Source of the DNA: Mayamaea pseudoterrestris
Lineage: Eukaryota
NCBI GenBank assembly: GCA_027923505.1
Contig: BROI01000002.1
Location: 186,001-250,000 of the forward strand
Direction: 5' to 3'
Length of the DNA stretch: 64,000 nucleotides
Below are positions 50,032 through 57,665 of the stretch, in pieces (position 1 is the stretch's first letter; every line of letters begins with the position of its first letter). The translations under genes and the position numbers were made by a program. The notes below the pieces were generated by a model. The model was not told the DNA's origin. It searched no databases and saw only the letters and a list, made by a program, of their open reading frames with translations.

Positions 50032-50586
50032 GGTCGAATGAGTCGAACAACAACGTTGCAAGATTTGAATTTGAACTGCACGCCGGCCTTGTCAGTTGCT
50101 GAGCCAACGGACATCCGTTTCAGCGAATTTGTCGTAACCCAGCTAAGGGCAGATTGCCAATAATACCAATTCTCAGCTTACTTAAAATAGTGACCAGCCG
50201 TGCAGAAGCTGTCCGATGAGGATGTGCAGTATAATAACTTTTTAAAAATAGCCGCCATGACTCGCCGGCTTTCTCATCTACTAATTGCCATACTTACCAC
50301 TAATGAGTGCAAGTATGTTTGCAGAGGCATAAACTGCTGCAGCTGTCTGACATTAAGTCAGGCGAAACTTGTCGGCAGCAAGGTTACGTAACAACTGTTC
50401 CTGTAGGATTTGAAGGCTATTCTTATGGTTATTCAGAATTTCCTTATAATTTGTCTGGGCAGCATAATACTACCGATAGTTGAAGTTAGCTTCCGTACGT
50501 GTCACCTACCCGCTGGCACTGCATACAACACGCTAGAGAATTCGTTATACTAAATTACTTTTTTATAATACAAAGACGTTAGACTC

Positions 50587-52202
50587 TCAATTTCCAATCA
50601 TGACCAAGAGCGTCACCGCTGTGGCCAAGGAACCAATCGCACCTACAATCAAGGTCGAGCTCTTCACACACGTCGCCAATGAGTTCTGGCACAAAGTAAC
50701 TGTATCAATGTAAACAATCAAATTGTTCAACCATTTCAAGAATCCGTTCTGATCACAAAAGGCTGTTTTACAATGGCCCAAATTGATTAAACCTCCACAT
50801 TTTGGAGCGTCTAGCAACAACATCAAGTCCGACTCTTGGGGCATGGCAAGCAGCATATCATACAGGTCGTCGCGGTCAATGGATTCATCCTTATTGGGAC
50901 AGAGGTAATTTTCATCACCATTATGGTTGCCATTGCCTGAGTAGTAGACGAAGGCAGCTCCATCTGTACCTGTCTCTTGTCCAAGCCGTAAAAATGCCTC
51001 AAAAATATCCCTTTTAGTAACCTCACGACTCAAGCTCACGCAGCTGAGAATATCTATGTTGTTTTCGCGCAGGCCTTGAAACTCGGGAAGTTTCTTTAAG
51101 AGCTTTTTCATCTCGTCCAAATCCTTGTTCTTGACATTGGCATTTTTGCCATCTATAAGAAGAGCATAATTCTGTGTCGCCTTTGGGGAAAAAATAGCCG
51201 CTTCTGCAAATCGATCAATTTCCTGATTGCTCACAAGCTGTGGATCAAGCTTTTGCCCGACGTGCTTGTACAAACCTTTTAGTGCTTGGCACCAAGTTAT
51301 ATCATCATCAGTCGGTCCTTTATTGAATACCGCCTTGAATGCACTTGTCAATGTCGGCGCCTTAGTTGCATATGTCCACTTGTTGTTACTCGCAGAAAAG
51401 ATGCGCACATGGCACAACTCATGCTTCATCTGACATCGCGTTCGGAGGCTTAGATCGGTGTTGCCCTCGTCGTAGGCAGATACGCAGTGTTCCAAGTGGA
51501 GAATGCGTCCGCATGCTGTCGCATCCAGCAGTAACGTTACGCACGTATCCACTTTTTTTGACAACTCTTGCACCATTCCGCAAAGGTCGTCATGGTTGAT
51601 GATGTTCAATGTATGGGTATGAGAAAATCATTATCGTCTCCGTCGTGGCCGCCATTTCCAGAGTAGTACACAAAGACAGAGTCACCTATTTCCAATCGCT
51701 CTCCGAGGACAATGAACTTTTGCATGATAAACTCCTTATTGGTCTCCGCCGATAGTGAAAGGCGCATGATTTGGGGGTTCGGTCCCAATTCCAGGTCGTC
51801 ATTTTGTGGGGTCTGAAACGCCGCAAATGTTTTCAAAAAGTCCTCGACATCTTGCAGGTCCTGTTCGTTGGCAGAAATCAACAATGCGTAATGCCTTCTC
51901 GTCGACGGAAACAGTTCCGCTACTTCGTTAAAGCCAAACTCAGAATTTCGTGAAAGCTGTGGATTAAGATTCCTTTTAAGAACGAGGCGCATCCCTTTCA
52001 GTGCTTGGTTCCAAGTTAGTCCATGCGGTTCAGACTCCAAACGACGACGGCCGCATTCTGCTGTCGGTGGTGTAGACTGTTTAAAGACCTCCAAAAATGC
52101 AGACGTCAATGAGCCATGGTTTAATCGATCGGCAGATGTCCATTTGTTGTTACTCGCGGAAAAGATCCTCAGATCGCATGTGATGGCGCTTGCATTTGTC
52201 AT
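50587..52202 (-). pseudogene. Tandem p10-p20 (type III-like) metacaspase-related gene lacking the catalytic dyad; frameshift at about 51607
   Basis: Two repeats of IFSAS..WT..LTSAF..TW.QAL...PQL (p10-like) followed by YALLI...FVYYSGNG...L.P...LLLDA..CG (p20-like). The two ORFs join by a 1-nt frame change. C-terminal hydrophobic tail. Confidence 0.65.
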
Positions 52203-52562
52203 TCTTCCCGTCGTCGGGAAGCAAAATTTCCTAGTTTCACTAAGATCTAAGTTCGCTCGAGACTGCAGCCGGAAGGAATGATGATCGATGCGCCCGCCCT
52301 AATGACCCCGTTCCGTCGAAACCTATATCTATTGACGGCTTTGAAGCTGCCACGCAGCAAAGTGAACCGAAAACTTGCTTGGCTTTCTTGTCACTACATT
52401 GTTGGCCTTTCTGAAGTTGAAAATGGATCCGAGTTCAAGCTGAAAGTTTCGTCACGCTCTCCGATTTGGCGGCTTATAAGTTGGATGCGAGCTGGGCGCA
52501 TGATCAACCGTGCTGTAACGATGCGACACGCTGATTTGTCGATCAACATTGTGATGGCGCAT

Positions 52563-52796
52563 GACAATCAGCGTGGGCGCTGATTGCCCTCCGTCGCTCG
52601 GCTGCTTCGTTCTTCCAAAGTGTTGCGCGCGTTGGCGCGCTTAGACTTGCTCGTGCCTCAAGTGGCTCGACGAGTGTAGCGAGAGTCGGGTCGCATGGTC
52701 TGAGGAACACGGAGTGGACTCCGGGTTCCCAGAGCAGGAGACACGTCATGGATGACGCCTGAGGAGAATCCTGTCTTGCAGGATTCGCCACAACCC
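52563..52796. repeat. Split direct repeat B2 (3' terminus of the element)
   Basis: Identical to 53038-53256 apart from one 15-nt indel and 6 clustered substitutions. Confidence 0.95.
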
Positions 52797-52811
52797 GGGT
52801 GGGTGGGCGGG
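52797..52811 (+). other. G-quadruplex motif GGGTGGGTGGGCGGG forming the whole A2/B2 spacer
   Basis: Four GGG runs with 1-nt loops, read directly from the sequence. Confidence 0.8.
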
Positions 52812-53039
52812 AACAAAAACGGAGATGCTATTGCTAACAAGGGTGCAAGAGCTGATCCGAAAGGAATGGCTTGCCGCTGAAAGCCGAAGGCTTGGAGGGA
52901 TGTCCAAGTGTCGCAGCAGCAGTCTCAATGTCCTAGCGGCAATCTCAATGTCATCCAAACTGTGTCTGCTACTGTACCCGTAGGTATCCTACGGGTAGTC
53001 CCTAGGGCGGGCTCCTCTGTGCATCCGCTCTAAGCCGGA
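52812..53039. repeat. Split direct repeat A2
   Basis: 228 bp with 2 mismatches to 61130-61357. Confidence 0.95.
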
Positions 53040-53256
53040 CAATCAGCGTGGGCGCTGATTGCCCTCCGTCGCTCGGCTGCTTCGTTCTTCCAAAGTGTTG
53101 CGCGCGTTGCTCGTGCGCCTAACGGCCCGACGAGTGTAGCGAGAGTCGGGTCGCATGGTCTGAGGAACACGGAGTGGACTCCGGGTTCCCAGAGCAGGAG
53201 ACACGTCATGGATGACGCCTGAGGAGAATCCTGTCTTGCAGGATTCGCCACAACCC
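53038..53256. repeat. Split direct repeat B1
   Basis: Abuts A2 and shares the GA at 53038-53039 with it; copy of B2. Confidence 0.95.
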
Positions 53257-53526
53257 ACACGACTCAGCGAGCAAGGCTGAAGGCGTCAAGCCACAACAAC
53301 AGAGTGCCTGTGGCAAGAACCGCGGAAAGGAAGAAGAAAGAAGCATGGGGAAGAAAGGAGAAAAGGTCCTGTTCAGTGCAATGTTGGGAAGGGAGGACGT
53401 CAGGTGAGGAGCGCCAGGACGATCTGAACTCGGGGGAGTCAGTGCCCTTGGATGCAAACTTGAATTGTCCAATCCTCAAATTCCCAATGCAAGGAAGAAT
53501 GGGTAAAATGTAAAGGTGTAATTTTA

Positions 53527-54786
53527 TTATAACATTATTGCACCTTTAATGGCATTGCTGGTAAGTGTACCAATTTTTTCTGAACATTCGCGTAAATAAT
53601 GGTGCACCGAAGGTGGTGACCAGCGTAAGCGAAACGCTATTTCTTCAATGCTCATACCAGAGTTATTGAGTGCTACTGCAGCAGTAACGCGATTCGAATG
53701 AGCAACAATTCGTGTAATGTTGAGTCGTAGGAAGTGGTTTGGATTGGGGTAAGCGCCAATCACTGCCTGCCGCATTACCCGGATTACATCGCGCGCCTGG
53801 AGGTAATGGTAGTCGCCATTGTTGTTGTAGCGAAAAACTCCTAGAGGTTCTGCGTATGGTGCCTTGTGAAGAATTTTGGCACGTAGAATCAGCGAGATGC
53901 TGGCCCGTATAGGGCAGATAAATTTATGACCCGAGCGTCGGAACTTGCGAATCGTAAAATTGTTTTGGCTTTTGTCAAACCGGAAACGAATGTGTAATTC
54001 GTACGCACTTTCGCCTGCTTTATGTAACATGGAATGTGGCAAGAGCACGTTGCTTTTTGTATAAAAAACAAAGTCGAGGTCCACAAAGCCTAATGGCCAA
54101 CCTGCCCATTGACCAGCGTCTCTGCTGTTGGGTACTTTGCTAAAATGGCCACGTTTGGCAGTGGACTGTGCATATTCGTTAGCGCGTGATCCTGTGAATA
54201 CGCCAAGGCAAGTCCAGTCAAGAACAGAGGCTTCCAGATCCAGGTGCGCCGTTGTGTCCGTGGTGGCTGCTGCACAAACAGACTGGTAGAGGAAGTCAAA
54301 CATGCGATGCGTGTATGGCTCACGTTTTTCCTTGGATGTTTGCCACTTTCGACGACTGTCTAGAATATCCGCAAGTAAGGGATGGTGGCCCAAGCCGCGA
54401 GGGTCTTGGATCGAAAATCTGCGTTGTACAAATGTCTCCAGGAATGAGTGGGCTGAGTTCAGGTAAGTTACCAACGATTTGGTGCCGAGAGGCGTGGCGT
54501 CGTGTTGGGTGGCTAACTTTTGTGATTTCTTTTTAGCCAGCAGCGATTGTCCCCGTGAAACAACATCAAACATGTATGCGGCAATTACCGAGATTTCTTG
54601 CCCCGGTGCGAGCGCTGTAAGAGACTCGTCCGTAAACCCTGCGTCGATCGCCCATTCACCAAAGTTTTTGGCGCGGCTGTCAAACGTTTTATCGTTTTTG
54701 GACCGTATGTCGCCTCGTTCGCGCTCCCGTCGATCACGGAGGAGATTGTCAAAAGCAAGTCGCGCTCCACTCGGTAAATGCTGCAT
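53527..54786 (-). CDS. Tyrosine recombinase of the retroelement
   Basis: FTGSRANEY (R), FDKSQ (K), AHSNR (HxxR), LRWS....HHYLR (W, Y). First ATG at 54786; the frame overlaps the pol 3' end. Confidence 0.92.
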   Translation of the reverse strand: MQHLPSGARLAFDNLLRDRRERERGDIRSKNDKTFDSRAKNFGEWAIDAGFTDESLTALAPGQEISVIAAYMFDVVSRGQSLLAKKKSQKLATQHDATPLGTKSLVTYLNSAHSFLETFVQRRFSIQDPRGLGHHPLLADILDSRRKWQTSKEKREPYTHRMFDFLYQSVCAAATTDTTAHLDLEASVLDWTCLGVFTGSRANEYAQSTAKRGHFSKVPNSRDAGQWAGWPLGFVDLDFVFYTKSNVLLPHSMLHKAGESAYELHIRFRFDKSQNNFTIRKFRRSGHKFICPIRASISLILRAKILHKAPYAEPLGVFRYNNNGDYHYLQARDVIRVMRQAVIGAYPNPNHFLRLNITRIVAHSNRVTAAVALNNSGMSIEEIAFRLRWSPPSVHHYLRECSEKIGTLTSNAIKGAIML

Positions 54787-57665
54787 GTTGCTAGCGCCTG
54801 CGTTTCCGGCGTGATAACGGACTCCCACGACTCCGTCGAGGTTTTGAAGCGAGAAAGTCGGTCTGCCTCCACATTGTTGGCTCCCGGCAAGTGACGTCCC
54901 TGGATGCAGAAAGTGAGACAGCTGTAAGTGGTGATGGCATGTAAGAATCGTGCCAGCCTACGAATTTCAGGATCCCGACTGCGCGCAGCGTGACGCATCC
55001 AGGAAAGGGCCGAAGTATTGTCGGCCAAGACGCTAATGACATGTTGGTTGTGTTTGGTTTGTGGATTTGCCATTAAAGCACTCAGCGTGAGAATCACATT
55101 TATTATAATGGCAATGAACTCCAGAATGTTGATATGGAGTGGATCACCAGTGGTGCGATGTGCCAATTCATGGAATGCTCGCATTGGAATGTTACAACTG
55201 AGCAGGTCCGATGCGTTGAGGCACCACATAAACAAGAGCTCAATATTCCAGCCTCCAACGCCAGACATGCTTGCATCACTTTTCATGGTGTTTGTTGGTA
55301 CCCTTGGAATGAGCAGACCAATTGGCTTGCGCCATACGTGGGACCATTTGTCCGTGTTCAAAGTTGGACGTAAAATGCGCAAGTCGGCCAGTGCCTCCTT
55401 TGATATAGCGATCCTTGTTTTGCGCCACCATTGACGGCGAGCATAGTTCGCATTGGGGCTGGAGCGAAATGCTGCGTCGGCTTTACTTGCTGCGTCAGTG
55501 AGAGACTGCTGTAGGCGGATGGAGAGGAAATCGGCGAGATCACTGACTAAAGTTCCATGGCATATTAAACCCAATATTTCTGCCTTTTCCACTGGCGTGA
55601 CTGTAATGTAATCCGGCCGAAAACCGGTTGGTTTGTCACTGAGGCGATCAATGAGAGATGCCAAGCGTGCCTGTTTGTCCGCAGGCCAGGACAATTCCAT
55701 ACGGCGCGAATCCCAATCAAGACCCAAGTAGAGCAGTTTGTGTGAAATTTCCATTTTCCATTTGCGTGGGTTGATACATAAAGCGCGTCGCGCTGGAGTT
55801 GGTTCACCAAAAACAATGCGAGCCGCAATGACGCTTCTGGTAATTGCGTTCAAAATCGTGCCGCGTGTCGCTGCGACAGCTTGATCGTCGACAAAGCTCG
55901 AAAATCCAAATTTATAGTCGCGTCCAAGTATTGAGCGAACACCCATGTTCTTTGAGTCTGCCGTTGACTGTTGAAATGTTGCAATGGTCTCGTTGGTGGG
56001 CTCGTCGCTTAGCACTATTGTGTTTGACAGGTCGGTGGTGGCCTCGCCAATATCGAGGAGCGCAGCAATCTGGCTGCGTAGTTCACCAAGTATCATGTAG
56101 TATCCTGGCGAATTTCGTGCGCCAAAAATTAGCCCCACTGGGATGACAAGAAATGGACCAAGGACGGATGCAAAAGCCACAGCAATGTCTGGGTGGTAGT
56201 GCAGCCAGCGGAACGCAGCTGATATGTCATCAGCCGCCAGGAAAATCTCATCGTCTGGATTATCGAGGCGCATGTTATAAATTAGCTGGAGATAGCGGCG
56301 CAGCACAGTGCCGTAATACACTTTTGGATTGAAATGGTCACTGTCTGGGTGGAGAGCGTCTGGAATTTGCTTGTTAATCATGCCATTGTCTGTTGTTGTA
56401 ATTGGATTTGATGGATCGCATACAATTCGCCCTTCGTCACCAAGACGGCCCACTTTTGGAGGGATGTAGGAGATAATGGCAAGGAACAAGCCTGGGATAA
56501 ACTTCCATAGAAAGCGAGGAAACATTATGTGGTATGACATTTTTTCTTCCTTGCGGAATTTGTCCGTTACGTCGTCCCAGCACTCGTCCAAACGACGGTT
56601 GTCAAGCTGTTCTCGTGCCCGAACATCCTCAAAGTTGCCAACAAAGTTGCTTTTACCTGGAACGCCTTCATGAATAATGCGTATTGCTTCATCCAATTTC
56701 ACCGGTGGATAATCCGGTGGGCGCGAGGCAGTGCGTAGCGTTTCCACGACATCACAGAGTAGCGAGCGATCTTGGTGCTGGTAGGTATATTCACCACCCA
56801 GCCAGCGCAGTAAGTCACCATAGTTAAAGTCAAAGCGCAGAAGGGCTGCACCCATGTCGTTCGCTCGAGTCATGCTGATAGGCGAATCGTCGTCCGCTGG
56901 AAACAGGCGTGGCACACGTAGGTGTGGGACGGCCCGTGCTGTTGCACGCTGGCGCAGAAGTGCATATTTTTCCCAACAAGGTTCAACAGCAGCCATTGTT
57001 TGGCGATCTGAGACTGTAAGCCACTGCCATACCAGGTGTAAGGCCATGTGGTGCGATGGCTGTGCGTGTCGCGTCGAAATATCAGGAGTCGCTTTGCCCC
57101 AACCAAATTTTCGTCTAAGCCAAATGCGCGGATCAGGATGCATGATGGTTGTTGAACCAAAGACTGGATGTAAGAAATCAGGATATGCAGACTGTAGGGT
57201 TGCTGATTCAGTGTCCGTTAAAAACTGCCAAACTGGGGCCATGATGGTTGCCAGAAAGTGATCCCAATTGTATCGCGTCACAGAGGAGGCGCGAGTTGGT
57301 TTGCGATGTGTGCATCGGAGGAGTCGAACTGGCCGCGCACCAGTTGGCGGAATGTGTGGCAGAATGTTGCGCAAGGTTTGGTTGCAAATGGATACGGCGG
57401 CTGGAGTCGACGGTGGGACCGTGTGCCTCATCTCCATGAGAGTGTTTGCTGGTTCAATATTCCTTGGTGCCGCAGGTGATGGCAATTGTGTCATCTCAGC
57501 GTTGTTGCAGCAGTCCAGTTCAATGTTAATTTGTGTGATTTTTCTATAGTTGTTATTTAAAAAGGCACAATTGGGATAAGTTGAGCTTGGCCCATCCTTT
57601 GCTGCGTGTGCGCCCGCCGGCGTCGCCGACAATGTGTCGAGATCAAGTGCTTCACCTTGGTGGAG
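54585..57665 (-). CDS. Pol: reverse transcriptase + RNase H (frame open from the ORF1 stop; first ATG at 57494)
   Basis: RT motifs ADDISAAFRWL, LIFGARNSPG, SFVDD, LLYLGLDWDS. RNase H motifs SDASMSGVGGW, HINILEF, LADNTSALSWM, HLPGANNVEADRLSR. Confidence 0.93.
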   Translation of the reverse strand, partial: LHQGEALDLDTLSATPAGAHAAKDGPSSTYPNCAFLNNNYRKITQINIELDCCNNAEMTQLPSPAAPRNIEPANTLMEMRHTVPPSTPAAVSICNQTLRNILPHIPPTGARPVRLLRCTHRKPTRASSVTRYNWDHFLATIMAPVWQFLTDTESATLQSAYPDFLHPVFGSTTIMHPDPRIWLRRKFGWGKATPDISTRHAQPSHHMALHLVWQWLTVSDRQTMAAVEPCWEKYALLRQRATARAVPHLRVPRLFPADDDSPISMTRANDMGAALLRFDFNYGDLLRWLGGEYTYQHQDRSLLCDVVETLRTASRPPDYPPVKLDEAIRIIHEGVPGKSNFVGNFEDVRAREQLDNRRLDECWDDVTDKFRKEEKMSYHIMFPRFLWKFIPGLFLAIISYIPPKVGRLGDEGRIVCDPSNPITTTDNGMINKQIPDALHPDSDHFNPKVYYGTVLRRYLQLIYNMRLDNPDDEIFLAADDISAAFRWLHYHPDIAVAFASVLGPFLVIPVGLIFGARNSPGYYMILGELRSQIAALLDIGEATTDLSNTIVLSDEPTNETIATFQQSTADSKNMGVRSILGRDYKFGFSSFVDDQAVAATRGTILNAITRSVIAARIVFGEPTPARRALCINPRKWKMEISHKLLYLGLDWDSRRMELSWPADKQARLASLIDRLSDKPTGFRPDYITVTPVEKAEILGLICHGTLVSDLADFLSIRLQQSLTDAASKADAAFRSSPNANYARRQWWRKTRIAISKEALADLRILRPTLNTDKWSHVWRKPIGLLIPRVPTNTMKSDASMSGVGGWNIELLFMWCLNASDLLSCNIPMRAFHELAHRTTGDPLHINILEFIAIIINVILTLSALMANPQTKHNQHVISVLADNTSALSWMRHAARSRDPEIRRLARFLHAITTYSCLTFCIQGRHLPGANNVEADRLSRFKTSTESWESVITPETQALATCSIYRVERDLLLTISSVIDGSANEATYGPKTIKRLTAAPKTLVNGRSTQGLRTSLLQRSHRGKKSR

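Noticed and set aside
52759..52790. Hammerhead-ribozyme-like CTGAGGA followed by a stem-loop in repeat B
   Set aside because: The stem is followed by GCCA rather than the required GAAA, and the motif is antisense to the element RNA.
52543..53513. Short duplicated ORFs in the repeat region
   Set aside because: They are by-products of the A/B repeats and show no protein motifs.
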